60,261 bases of DNA from Vulcanimicrobiota bacterium (GTDB taxonomy: Bacteria; Vulcanimicrobiota; Vulcanimicrobiia; Vulcanimicrobiales; Vulcanimicrobiaceae): positions 45,312-105,572 of the forward strand of contig PLCF01000025.1 in NCBI GenBank assembly GCA_003135555.1. The letters are read 5' to 3'. The notes beneath the pieces were generated by a model. It was not told the DNA's origin. It ran no database searches and saw nothing but the letters and a program-made list of their open reading frames with translations. Below are positions 20,379 through 29,987 of this stretch, one piece after another. A program made the translations under genes and the position numbers. How positions within the stretch are numbered: position 1 is the stretch's first letter; each line of letters begins with the position of its first letter.

Positions 20379-22819
20379 TGCGCCGCGCCGTAGCGGCGCT
20401 GGTCTCGCTCGCCTTGACCGCGACGCTGGTGGTCGCGGTGCGCGAGCCGGCCCGCGCCGCCGCGCTGTGCGCGACGCCCGGCCGCGACGGGTCGCCGACC
20501 ATCACAGGCGTCGTCAACACCTATTGGAGCGGCTCCGCCAACGCCGCCGCTGCGGCGACGTCGATCACGGTCGCCGCGCATGCAACCGGCGACGCCGGCG
20601 TCGCGATCGCGAACGGCGACCTGCTGCTGGTCATCCAGATGCAAGGCGCGACGCTCAACACGACCAACACGTCGTCGTACGGCGACGGCAGCGGCAGCGG
20701 CAGCGGCGCGCTCTCGACGACCGCCGGAACCTACGAGTACGTCGTCGCGACGGGTGCGCTGGCGACGACCGGCGGAACCGTCAACGTCAAGGGAACCAAC
20801 GCCAACGGGCTCATCCACGCCTACACCACCGGCGCCGGCGCATCGTACCAAGTCATCCGCGTCCCGCAGTACATCGCCCCGACCGTCGGAGGCGCGCTGG
20901 CGCCGCTGGCCTGGAACGGCACCGCCGGCGGCATCCTGGCGATCGATGCCGACAACCTGCTCTTCGGCAACGGTGCGACCGTGACCGCCAACGGCAAAGG
21001 GTTTCGCGGCGGACAAGGCCGCGCCAAAGCCGGCGACGCGACCGCCGCCAACGGCGACTACGTCAACGTCGACACGAAGAACGCGCACGGGATCAAGGGC
21101 GAAGGCACCGCCGGCACGCCGGGACTTGTCTACACCGGCGGCGTCGGATCGACGGTCACCGATACCTATCCCGCCGGCGGCGACACCGGCCGCGGCGCCC
21201 CCGGCAATGCCGGCGGCGGCGGCGCGGACGCCAACGTCGCCGCGAACGATCAAAACACCGGCGGCGGCGGTGGAGGCAACGGCGGCGCGGGCGGCGGCGG
21301 CGGCAAATCGTGGAGCTCCGACATCGCCGACGGAGGCAAAGGCGGAACGTTCGCGCCGTCGGCCGCGCAGATCGTGTTGGGCGGCGGCGGCGGCGCCGGC
21401 TCGCGCAACAACGGCAGCGGCTTCGACTCGTCGGGCGGGACGGGCGGCGGGATGGTGCTCATGCGCGTCGCGGGGCTGAGCGGCGGCATCACGATCACCG
21501 CGAACGGCACCATGGGCGTCGATCCGCAGAACGACGGTGGCGGCGGCGGCGGCGCCGGGGGCACCGTCATGGTCACCGGGCTCGCGAACTTCGCCGCCGT
21601 GACCGTTACGGCGAACGGCGCCAACGGGACCGACGCCGACGTGCTCAACGGGGGCGGAGCGGCGCACGGGCCCGGCGGCGGCGGCGGCGGCGGCGTGCTC
21701 GTCCACAGCGGCGGCGTCGCGGCGACGCTCAACGGCGGCGCCGCGGGCGTCACCGACGGCTCGCCCGATCCCGACGCGCACTACGGCGCATCGGCCGGCG
21801 CGGCGGGCCAGACGTTCATCCTGGGCGCGGGCAGCGTCCCGGGCGCATCGTCGGGTGCGGAGTGCGGTTCCTCGGGCGGGACGATCTTCATCGGACCGGT
21901 CGGTGCGCCGCAAGCCACCGGGAGCTACGACGGCAACGTCGCGACGACCAACAACAACGATTTCGTCGAGAAGTCGTTTGCGCCGCCCGCGTTCAACGCC
22001 GTCAACAGCTCGACCGTCGTCGGGACGCCCAACGGCAACAACTACAACGCGGCGGTGAGCGGGATCGCGATCCGGCATCAGGTCCGCAACACCGCGGGCG
22101 CGGGCGGAAACTTCATCTTCTACGCGCAAGCGCCCAGCGCGGGCGGGAGCTGGACGGTCGCGGTGTACAACGACGCGGCGGGCTCGCTGGGCGCCCAGAT
22201 CGCCGGGACCGCGAGCGGGAACTCATACACGACGACCGCGACCATGGCGATCGGGGCGGGCGGCAATGCGTTCGTGTGGACGGTCTACTCGGCTCCCACC
22301 GGCCTGCAGGCCTTCAACCGCTTCGACGCGCTCGTCGCGGTGATCGATGCCGCCACCAACAGCAACAACAACGAAGTGCACGACGAGCTCTACAGCGGCT
22401 ACGTCGTGCAGACCAAGTCGTACTCGATCACCTCCACCGGCTGCTCGGGCGGCGTGCCGGCGGGGACGTGGTGTCCGGGCGCGACCCTGCAGTACACCGT
22501 CGACGTTCGCAACATCACCGTCGCCGCCAATGGCACGACGCCGGCGTCGGCGACGCTGACGGCCAACACGCTCACCGTCACCGACGACGGCTCGAACCTC
22601 AACTCCTGGGCCAAGGACGGTGGGTATCTCAACACGCCCGGCGCCTCGTCGGGCGGCACCGCGCCGACGACGATCACGTACTTCTACAACGCGACGAGCA
22701 ACACGACGTTCCCGGCGAATTACAACACCACCAACAAGGTCTTCAAGGTCGTCGCGGTGTGGACGACGCTCACGGCGGCGCAGAACTCGCAGCTGATCTT
22801 CACCGCGGTCCAGTTCTGA
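20378..22819 (+). CDS. Exported Gly-rich adhesin-like protein with C-terminal DUF11-like domain
   Basis: Signal peptide, poly-Gly segments, C-terminal ~300 aa similar to 12444-14672 product; TGATG coupling. Confidence 0.8.
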   Translation: MRRAVAALVSLALTATLVVAVREPARAAALCATPGRDGSPTITGVVNTYWSGSANAAAAATSITVAAHATGDAGVAIANGDLLLVIQMQGATLNTTNTSSYGDGSGSGSGALSTTAGTYEYVVATGALATTGGTVNVKGTNANGLIHAYTTGAGASYQVIRVPQYIAPTVGGALAPLAWNGTAGGILAIDADNLLFGNGATVTANGKGFRGGQGRAKAGDATAANGDYVNVDTKNAHGIKGEGTAGTPGLVYTGGVGSTVTDTYPAGGDTGRGAPGNAGGGGADANVAANDQNTGGGGGGNGGAGGGGGKSWSSDIADGGKGGTFAPSAAQIVLGGGGGAGSRNNGSGFDSSGGTGGGMVLMRVAGLSGGITITANGTMGVDPQNDGGGGGGAGGTVMVTGLANFAAVTVTANGANGTDADVLNGGGAAHGPGGGGGGGVLVHSGGVAATLNGGAAGVTDGSPDPDAHYGASAGAAGQTFILGAGSVPGASSGAECGSSGGTIFIGPVGAPQATGSYDGNVATTNNNDFVEKSFAPPAFNAVNSSTVVGTPNGNNYNAAVSGIAIRHQVRNTAGAGGNFIFYAQAPSAGGSWTVAVYNDAAGSLGAQIAGTASGNSYTTTATMAIGAGGNAFVWTVYSAPTGLQAFNRFDALVAVIDAATNSNNNEVHDELYSGYVVQTKSYSITSTGCSGGVPAGTWCPGATLQYTVDVRNITVAANGTTPASATLTANTLTVTDDGSNLNSWAKDGGYLNTPGASSGGTAPTTITYFYNATSNTTFPANYNTTNKVFKVVAVWTTLTAAQNSQLIFTAVQF

Positions 22820-22834
22820 TGGCGCAGCCGGCTC

Positions 22835-23224
22835 TTACCTCCGTTGCGCGATGGCTTCTATCTCGACGCGCGCCCCGCGCGGCAACGCCGCGACCGCGAC
22901 GGTAGAGCGCGCCGGCATCTGCGTGCCGGGGAACGACTGGCCGTAGACGGCGTTCACCGCCCCGAAATCGCTCATGTCGACGAGGAAGATCGTCGTTTTC
23001 ACGACCTCGGCGAAGGTTAGACCGCCGGCGGCCAACACCGCGGCGAGGTTCGCCATGACTTGCCGCGCCTGCGTCTCGATGCCGCCGTCGACGAGCTCGC
23101 CGGTCGCGGGGTCGAGGCCGATCTGACCCGAGGTGAACACGTACGCGCCTGCCGCGACGGCCTGCGCGTACGGCCCGATCGCCGCGGGGGCGGCCGTCGT
23201 GTGGAGCGTTTCGCGCGCGCTCAT
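22835..23224 (-). CDS. ridA: RidA/YjgF family reactive intermediate deaminase
   Basis: APAAIGPYAQAV, SGQIGLDP, PARSTVAVAALPRGARVEIEAIA; ATGA overlap with AKR. Confidence 0.93.
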   Translation of the reverse strand: MSARETLHTTAAPAAIGPYAQAVAAGAYVFTSGQIGLDPATGELVDGGIETQARQVMANLAAVLAAGGLTFAEVVKTTIFLVDMSDFGAVNAVYGQSFPGTQMPARSTVAVAALPRGARVEIEAIAQRR

Positions 23225-24282
23225 CCCGGGGAGGTCGCCGTGGCCGGCTCTGCCTGCGCGAGATCGGTGGGCGGCGACATCGTCCCCTTGTAGCGCCCTT
23301 GCTCGGGGCCGACGCCGAAGTTGGTCTTGCGCAGCTCGGTGATGCGCGCCAGCTCGGCCGCGGTAAGCGCCGGCGTGTCGGGTGCGGCCGCGAACTCGCG
23401 CAGCTGCGCTGCGTCGTAGATGTTCGGCAGCACCGTCATCACGCGCGGCTCGGCGAGCAGCCATTGGAGGGCGGCTTGCCCCAGCGTGCGGCCGGGCGCC
23501 TCGAGGAAGCGCAGCGTCTCGACTTTGCGAACGCCGTTGATCAGCCATTGGCGCGGGCGGTGACTGCGGTGGTCGGTCGGCGGGAAGACGGTGTCGGCGG
23601 TGTAGCGGCCCTCGAGCATCCCCGAGCTGTGCGGGACGCGGATGAAGTAGGCCGTGTCGGCGTCGAGCTCGCGCGCCGCGGCGACCATCTCGTCGCCGGG
23701 GAACTGCTCGAGCAGGTTCCAGATCATCTGAACCATCGGCGCGTTGACGCGCGCGGCTTCGATCCCTTCCCACAACCAGCCGATCGCGGGTCCGAGCGCG
23801 ATGCCCCAGGTGCGAATCTTCCCCTCGGCTTTGAACTGCTCGAGCAGCGCGACGAGGGCGCCGTCGTGCACTTGCTCCAGGCGCGCGTTGTGCATCTGGT
23901 AGATGTCGACGTAGTCGGTTTGCAACCGCCGCAGCGACTGCTCGAGCGCGTAGCGCACGAACTCGGGCGAGAAGTCCTGTTCGATCTCGTTCTGCCCTTT
24001 GCGCTCGCCCGCGTGGTGGTACCAGTCGTACCCGAACTTGGTCGCGTAGACGACGCGCTCGCGCCGGTCCGCGAAGGCCTTCGCGAGCTGCTCCTCGCTG
24101 CGGCCGTTGCCGTAGGTGTCCGCCGCGTCGAACGTGGTGACGCCCAGGTCGAGCGCCTCGTGCATGAGCGCCACCGCGTCGTCGTCGCTGTTCTCGCCCC
24201 ACCATCCGGTGGAGGTCGTCCAGAGGCCGAAGCCGACCTCGCTAACGGTGACGTTGGTGTTCGGGAGCGTGCGGTACTTCAT
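23221..24282 (-). CDS. Aldo/keto reductase
   Basis: VSEVGFG, FDAADTYGNGRSE, YATKFG, SLRRLQTDYVDIYQMH. Confidence 0.93.
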   Translation of the reverse strand: MKYRTLPNTNVTVSEVGFGLWTTSTGWWGENSDDDAVALMHEALDLGVTTFDAADTYGNGRSEEQLAKAFADRRERVVYATKFGYDWYHHAGERKGQNEIEQDFSPEFVRYALEQSLRRLQTDYVDIYQMHNARLEQVHDGALVALLEQFKAEGKIRTWGIALGPAIGWLWEGIEAARVNAPMVQMIWNLLEQFPGDEMVAAARELDADTAYFIRVPHSSGMLEGRYTADTVFPPTDHRSHRPRQWLINGVRKVETLRFLEAPGRTLGQAALQWLLAEPRVMTVLPNIYDAAQLREFAAAPDTPALTAAELARITELRKTNFGVGPEQGRYKGTMSPPTDLAQAEPATATSPG

Positions 24283-24287
24283 GCCAG

Positions 24288-24380
24288 CCTTCGACGAGCT
24301 CGGGACTACGAGGGAAGTACCATGGTTTCGGGGCCCGGGAACGGCGGCCCCGCCCGCGAGCCCTTCGGCAGAGCTCAGGA
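24288..24380 (-). repeat. Two copies of the CTGAGC-N-GTCGAAGG repeat in a divergent intergenic region
   Basis: + strand CCTTCGACGAGCTCGGGA (24288-24305) and CCCTTCGGCAGAGCTCAGGA (24361-24380). Confidence 0.6.
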
Positions 24381-24427
24381 TTGAAATTGAAGTTTAAGAG
24401 GGAGCGGGCGGCTAAATCGCCCGAATC

Positions 24428-25852
24428 GTGACATCGCAGGATGACGACTTCCGGGCGGCCTTCGAGCGCGTCGGCGCGTGGATCGACGACTACTACAACG
24501 ACCCGCTGCGCTATCCGGTCCTCTCGCGCGCCCGCCCCGGCGATCTGATCGCGGCGCTGCCGGCCGAGGCGCCGCTCGAGGGCGAACCGTTCGAACGGAT
24601 TTTCGCCGACTTCGAGCGCTGCATCATCCCGGGTATAACGCATTGGAACCACCCGCGTTTCTTCGCCTACTTCGCGATCAGCGCGGCCAAGGTGACCGTC
24701 CTGGCGGAGGCGTTGGCGGCGGCGCTGGACGTGAACGCGATGCTGTGGCGGACCTCGCCCGCGGCGACCGAGCTCGAAGACGTGACGCTGGGCTGGCTGC
24801 GCCGGATGCTGGGGCTGCCCGACAGCTTCCACGGCATCGTCTACGACACGGCCTCGATCGGCGGCTTCACCGCGCTGGCGGCGGCGCGTGAAGCGCTCGG
24901 CCTCGACATTCGCGCGCGCGGGATGGCGGGGCGTAGCGATCTGCCGGCGCTGCGCGTGTACGTGACCGAGCACACCCATTCGCACGTCGAAAAGGCTGCG
25001 ATCGCATTGGGCATCGGCCGCGACAACGTCGTCGCCGTCGCCGTCGACGAGAACTTCGCGATGCTTCCCGGCGCGCTCGCGCGCGCGATCGATGACGACC
25101 GCGCAGCCGGGCGGCTCCCGATGTGCGCCGTGGCGACGGTGGGAACGACGTCGACGACGTCGACCGATCCGGTCGGCGCGATCCGCGCCGTCACGCGCGA
25201 GCGTGGCGTGTGGCTGCACGTCGACGCGGCCTACGGCGGACCGGCGGCGATCCTGCCGGAGTTCCGCTGGCTGCTCGACCCCGCGCACGACGCCGACTCG
25301 ATCGTCGTCAACCCGCACAAGTGGCTGTTCGTCCCGGTCGATCTCTCGGTGCTGTACGTGCGCGATCCCGAGCTGCTGCGCCGCACCTTCAGCCTGGCCT
25401 CCGACGTGCTGGTGACCTTCGAGAGCGGCGTCCACAACTACATGGACTACGGCCTTCAACTGGGCCGCCGCTTCCGCGCGCTCAAGCTCTGGTTCGCGCT
25501 GCGCAGCTACGGCGTGCGCGGGATGCAAGCGCGGCTGCGCGCGCACATCGCGATGGCGCAAGAGCTCGCCGGTTGGATCGCGGCGGCGCCCGGCTGGGAG
25601 ATCGCCGCCGCGCATCCGCTCTCGGTGGTGTGCTTTCGGTACGTTCCCGACCCCGCGCTCGATCCGCCCGCGGTCGATGCGCTCAACCTCGCGATCATGG
25701 ACGCGGTCAACGCGACGGGCGAGGCGTTCTTGTCGTCGACGCGGCTGCACGGCCGGCTCGTGCTGCGCATCGCGATCGGCAACGAGCGGACGACCCGCGA
25801 CGACGTGCGCGCCGTCTGGGAACTGCTCGCGCGCGCCGCCGGCGTGCGTTAA
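24428..25852 (+). CDS. Group II PLP-dependent (aromatic amino acid-type) decarboxylase
   Basis: PGITHWNHPRFFAYF, SPAATELE, LHVDAAYGG, NPHKW, RRFRALKLW. Confidence 0.93.
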   Translation: MTSQDDDFRAAFERVGAWIDDYYNDPLRYPVLSRARPGDLIAALPAEAPLEGEPFERIFADFERCIIPGITHWNHPRFFAYFAISAAKVTVLAEALAAALDVNAMLWRTSPAATELEDVTLGWLRRMLGLPDSFHGIVYDTASIGGFTALAAAREALGLDIRARGMAGRSDLPALRVYVTEHTHSHVEKAAIALGIGRDNVVAVAVDENFAMLPGALARAIDDDRAAGRLPMCAVATVGTTSTTSTDPVGAIRAVTRERGVWLHVDAAYGGPAAILPEFRWLLDPAHDADSIVVNPHKWLFVPVDLSVLYVRDPELLRRTFSLASDVLVTFESGVHNYMDYGLQLGRRFRALKLWFALRSYGVRGMQARLRAHIAMAQELAGWIAAAPGWEIAAAHPLSVVCFRYVPDPALDPPAVDALNLAIMDAVNATGEAFLSSTRLHGRLVLRIAIGNERTTRDDVRAVWELLARAAGVR

Positions 25853-25960
25853 CGCAAGCTTTACCCCTATGTAGGGCCGTACGCGCGTTCGCATACGACC
25901 GGTCGCTCCGCGAACGGGCGTTCGGAATGCTCGCGGAGGGCCACGTGCAAGGCAGGCCGG

Positions 25961-26563
25961 GTGACCCGGACGGCGTCAACGACGCGCTGGCAGATCTCGG
26001 GGGCCCGGCGGCTCGCGCTCGAACACGACCGCCGCGACGAGGCTGCGCGCTGCGCCCAGTGCAAAGCGCCGCCGTTTCGTGGGTTCGGCGATCATCGCGC
26101 GCTGCGCGCGTGGATCATCGAGCATCGCGCCGCGCTCGCCGCGGAGCTGCGCGACTACTTTCGCAAGAACCCGGAGCTGCACGCGCGGCCCGAACGCTGG
26201 TTCGGCCTGCTTACACCGTACCTGCGTGCCGAGGTCGCGCTGGCGTGGGAACGCTCGCAGCTCGCGCCGGCAGGCGGAATCTCGCTCGAGCGCATGGCCG
26301 CCGTCGATGCGGCCGACGGCGCGCAGATCTCCGACGAGCTGTACGCGTTCGTCGTCGACGGTTTCGTCGCGCTCGTCTGCGCGCCGTGCCGCGGAGCGCT
26401 CGATGCGCCCGCAGCGCCGGCGGCGATCAGACGGCGCTACGCGAATTGGTTTTTCGACGGCGACATCGACGCCGCTGCGACGACGGATCCGGTGCGCATG
26501 CTGCTGCTCGACGCAGCGATCGCGCACTGCTGCGCCGAGCAGCGCGTCGCCTCAGAAGGCTGA
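25961..26563 (+). CDS. Hypothetical protein with two CxxC motifs
   Basis: 200-aa ORF filling the gap; CAQC and CAPC; no family recognised. Confidence 0.55.
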   Translation: MTRTASTTRWQISGARRLALEHDRRDEAARCAQCKAPPFRGFGDHRALRAWIIEHRAALAAELRDYFRKNPELHARPERWFGLLTPYLRAEVALAWERSQLAPAGGISLERMAAVDAADGAQISDELYAFVVDGFVALVCAPCRGALDAPAAPAAIRRRYANWFFDGDIDAAATTDPVRMLLLDAAIAHCCAEQRVASEG

Positions 26564-26815
26564 GAAGAGCGCCCTCACGTTGGTCTGGCCGCAGTCCGCG
26601 GCATCGTCCTGGGCGCGCGCGTCGGGGACGCGCACCAGCGTGACGACGTGCGAGGTGGCGATCTCGGCCCGGTGCGCGACCACCCCGTCGCAGCGCAAGT
26701 CGACCCCGACTTCCACGAACGGGCTGCGCGACGCCACCGCCGAGCGGATGCGCTCGGCATCGCCCTCGTCGACGAGGTAGGTTCCCTTGGTCAGAAAGAC
26801 GGTGTACTGCGGCAT
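26552..26815 (-). CDS. Small hypothetical protein
   Basis: GGAG RBS before ATG; protein-like composition (MPQYTVFLTKGTYLVDE). Confidence 0.6.
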   Translation of the reverse strand: MPQYTVFLTKGTYLVDEGDAERIRSAVASRSPFVEVGVDLRCDGVVAHRAEIATSHVVTLVRVPDARAQDDAADCGQTNVRALFSAF

Positions 26816-26966
26816 CGCTCCAGCGATCCTACCTTTGGAGGGCCCGCGGGTTCTACAAAGTTTTCCGGAACTTCGACCGGCGCTTGTGGACCCGCTGTGG
26901 AGGCGCGGCCGAAATCGGCGCGGCGCACGCGCCAGGAACGCAGCCCAAGCAGCCGAAGCGCGAGGG

Positions 26967-27344
26967 ATGATGGTCTTCGATCACGTCGACCTGCGGGTCG
27001 CCGACGTCGCACGCTGCAAATCATTTTACGACGCCTTCTTGAAGGAATACGGTTTTCGCGGCAAAGCCCAGCCCGACGGTTCTCAGCTGTACTACCGCCT
27101 CGAGGAGCGCGCGGTGCGCGAGGTGATCGTCCTCAACGGCACAGCCGATCACCGTCCCAACGCGAACCGGCTCGCGTTCTTCGCGGCGACGCGCGCCGAT
27201 GTCGATCGCATCGCGGCGGCCGCGCAAAGCGCCGGCGCGCGCGCGTACGAAGCGCCCGGCGCGTGCCCGGAATACACGGCGTCGTACTACGCGGCATTTT
27301 TCGAAGATCCCGACGGCAACCGGCTCGAAGTCGTCTGCCGCTGA
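26967..27344 (+). CDS. VOC/glyoxalase family protein
   Basis: FDHVDLRVAD..FYD and YYAAFFEDPDGNRLEVV; start 26967 or 26970. Confidence 0.92.
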   Translation: MMVFDHVDLRVADVARCKSFYDAFLKEYGFRGKAQPDGSQLYYRLEERAVREVIVLNGTADHRPNANRLAFFAATRADVDRIAAAAQSAGARAYEAPGACPEYTASYYAAFFEDPDGNRLEVVCR

Positions 27345-27355
27345 GCAAGCCCTGC

Positions 27356-28672
27356 CTAGAACGTGCGCAGGTAGGCTTCGCGCTCCCACGGGTGCACCGC
27401 GCGGCGGTAGCTTTCGTACTCGGCCAGCTTCGCGTCGCGAAACGCGTGGTAGATGTGGTCGCCGAGCGCGCTGCGAATCACCAGGTCGTCGTCGAGCGCC
27501 GCGATCGCTTGGCGCAGCGACTTGGGGAGCATGCGAATGCCGTGCTCCGCGCGGAAGCGTTCCGACAGCTCGTACGTCGATCCGGTGAACGGATCGCCGG
27601 GCAGACTGCGCGCCCGGATGCCGTCGGCGAGCGCTTCGACCAGCACCGCCAGCGCGAGGTACGGGTTGCAGCACGGATCGGGGCTGCGCACTTCGAGCAG
27701 CGGCGGTTCGTCGCCGAACGACGGCGGGACGCGCACCAGCGCGTTCGCGCTGCGATGCGACCACACGGTGTAGACCGGCGCATCCCACGCGGCGACGAGA
27801 CGCTTGTAGGAGTTCACCGTCGGATTGCACACGGCGGTGAAGCCCGGCGCGTGGTCGAGCAACCCGGCGATGGCGTGCAGCCGCACCGCTTCGTCGACGT
27901 CGCCCAGCGCGAAGTAGACGTGCAGCCCGCTGCCGGCCGACGCTTCGAGCGGCTTGGGCATGAAGGTCGCGTGCAGGCCGCGGCGCTGGGCGACGCGGCG
28001 CACCACGTTGCGCACGGTGAGCAGCCGGTCGGCGATGGTGAGCACGCCGGCGGCGGCGAGATCGAGCTCGTGCTGTCCGGCGCCGTGCTCGTGGTGCGCG
28101 CTCGAGATCGGAATCCCCATCGCTTCGAGCGCGGCGCTCGTGTCGAGGCGCGCCTCTTGCCCGCGGTCGCTCGAGGAGAAATCGAAGTACGAGCCCGCGT
28201 CGGTCGTCCGGGTCGTCGGCGAACCGTCGGGCGCGAGCTCGAAGAGATAGTACTCCACCTCCAACGCGGCCGCGACGCGTCCCAGCACGTCGCCGGCGTC
28301 TTCGAGAACGCGCTTGAGCGTCGTGCGCGAGCAGCCTTCGAACGGCGTGCCGTCGGGCATCGCGATGTCGCACAGGATCCGCGCCTCGACTTGGCCTTCC
28401 TCGACCCACGGCAGCACGGTAAACGTGGTCGGGTCGGGACGCAGGATCATGTCGACTTCTTCGCCGCGTACGAACCCGTCGATCGAGCCGCCGTCGAAGG
28501 TAACTTTGCCGTCGAACGCATCCTCGAGCCCGGTGGCCGGGATCGAGATGCTCTTCTGCACGCCCAGCACGTCGACGAACGCGAGCCGGACCCAGCGCAC
28601 GCCGCGTTCTTTCGCGGTTGCCATGGCTACGCGCCGCGCGGCCGCCGCGTCCTTCACCGTCGTCAAGGTCAC
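27356..28672 (-). CDS. Glutamine synthetase family protein (GSI-like, atypical active site)
   Basis: FDGGSIDGF, LEVEYYLF, HHEHGAGQHE, ATFMPKP, NSYKRL, EVRSPDP. Confidence 0.9.
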   Translation of the reverse strand: MTLTTVKDAAAARRVAMATAKERGVRWVRLAFVDVLGVQKSISIPATGLEDAFDGKVTFDGGSIDGFVRGEEVDMILRPDPTTFTVLPWVEEGQVEARILCDIAMPDGTPFEGCSRTTLKRVLEDAGDVLGRVAAALEVEYYLFELAPDGSPTTRTTDAGSYFDFSSSDRGQEARLDTSAALEAMGIPISSAHHEHGAGQHELDLAAAGVLTIADRLLTVRNVVRRVAQRRGLHATFMPKPLEASAGSGLHVYFALGDVDEAVRLHAIAGLLDHAPGFTAVCNPTVNSYKRLVAAWDAPVYTVWSHRSANALVRVPPSFGDEPPLLEVRSPDPCCNPYLALAVLVEALADGIRARSLPGDPFTGSTYELSERFRAEHGIRMLPKSLRQAIAALDDDLVIRSALGDHIYHAFRDAKLAEYESYRRAVHPWEREAYLRTF

Positions 28673-28675
28673 TGG

Positions 28676-29896
28676 TCAGCCGTCGAGCGCGTCGACGGCG
28701 AGCGCCGCGCGAACGGTGAGCTGATCGTGCGGCGAATCGAGGTCGAGCCGCCCGATCTCGCCGATCTGGCGCAAACGGTAGAAGACGGTGTGGCGGTGCA
28801 CGTTGAGCCGCGCGGCGGCCTCCTTGATGTTCTGCCCCACGTCGAAGAAGAGTTTGAGCGTGCGCACCAGCTCGGTCTGGTGTTTGTCGTCGTAGCCGCG
28901 CAGCGGATCCAGCACGCGGGTCGCAAAGGCGCGCCAGTCCTCGCGCGTTGCGCCGGTGCGGTGGAGCAACGGGTAGACGCCCAGGTCGTCGTACGGCATC
29001 ACGCGCCCGCCGCCGAACATGCGGCGTGCGATGATCATCGCCTCGCGCGCCTCGTCGACGCTGCGCGCGACGCCGATCATCTCGGCGTGGCGGCCGATCC
29101 CGCCCACCACCTTCACCTCGAGCCCCGCTCGCTGCATCCCGCGCGGGATCATCGTCGCGGCCGTGCGCGCGTTGGCCGCGTCGACCTCGAGCGGCGCCGG
29201 TACGAGGAAGAAGAAGCCGCCGCCGCGCTCGACCACGACCACATCGCCGGTGCGGGTGCCCAGCGTGTCGAGACAAACGCGCCGGATCTCGGCGTTCTTC
29301 TGCATGGCGATGGTCTCGTCGAGGCCCTCGCCCTCGACGGCGACCGCGACGTAGCCCGGGGCGAGCGCGATCCCGCGCGCCTGCGCGTCCTCGCGCGCTT
29401 CGAGCGGGTCTTCGTAGGCCCGGGCCAGCAGGCGGTCCCAGAAGCCGCGGCGCCGGCCGCGGCCGCCGCCGGCATCGCGCGAGAGCTCGACTGCGATCTG
29501 CGCCGCCGTGAGCCGGATCAAGCCGGCCCGGTCGTCCGAGACGCGCGCCGAGAACGGGAAAACCGAGAGCCAGCCCAGCCGCGCCTCGCCGGCGCGCAAC
29601 GGATACGCGCGCGCGTTCGAATCGGCCGGCGGCGTCAAAGCGACGCCTTCGTCGCCGGCCGTTCCGGCCGGCAGCAGGTCGCGTACCGAGGGCGGGATCG
29701 GGCGTTCGCCGGTTCCGGCGACGGCGAGGTGGCGCCACTGGGCGTCTTCCACGAGGACCGCGGCATCGATGGCGCCCGCGAGGTGGGCCGCCAGAGCCGG
29801 TGCACCGCCGCCGCTCGCGGCGACGCGCGCCAGCGCCTCGGCGTACGAGAGCAGCGTTTCGGATCGATCGCGGCGCAATGGCCGGGCGGGTACCAC
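28676..29896 (-). CDS. PucR/CdaR family transcriptional regulator
   Basis: C-terminal HTH LVRTLKLFFD..AAARLNVHRHTVFYRLRQI; GTG start with AGGA RBS. Confidence 0.9.
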   Translation of the reverse strand: MVPARPLRRDRSETLLSYAEALARVAASGGGAPALAAHLAGAIDAAVLVEDAQWRHLAVAGTGERPIPPSVRDLLPAGTAGDEGVALTPPADSNARAYPLRAGEARLGWLSVFPFSARVSDDRAGLIRLTAAQIAVELSRDAGGGRGRRRGFWDRLLARAYEDPLEAREDAQARGIALAPGYVAVAVEGEGLDETIAMQKNAEIRRVCLDTLGTRTGDVVVVERGGGFFFLVPAPLEVDAANARTAATMIPRGMQRAGLEVKVVGGIGRHAEMIGVARSVDEAREAMIIARRMFGGGRVMPYDDLGVYPLLHRTGATREDWRAFATRVLDPLRGYDDKHQTELVRTLKLFFDVGQNIKEAAARLNVHRHTVFYRLRQIGEIGRLDLDSPHDQLTVRAALAVDALDG

Positions 29897-29987
29897 GTTA
29901 TCGTCCTGCACCGGTCCGGCGACAGTTTCCGCGCCGAGAACGCTCTCCTGCGGCCGGAAGGAGCGCCGGCGGCGCCTCGGAGCCTCG

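Noticed and set aside
21200..21740. GGC trinucleotide runs as tandem repeats or phase-variable tracts
   Set aside because: They are in-frame Gly codons of the adhesin head domain
22835..24205. 456-aa ORF ending in RidA
   Set aside because: Only the last 129 aa are RidA; the rest shadows the aldo/keto reductase
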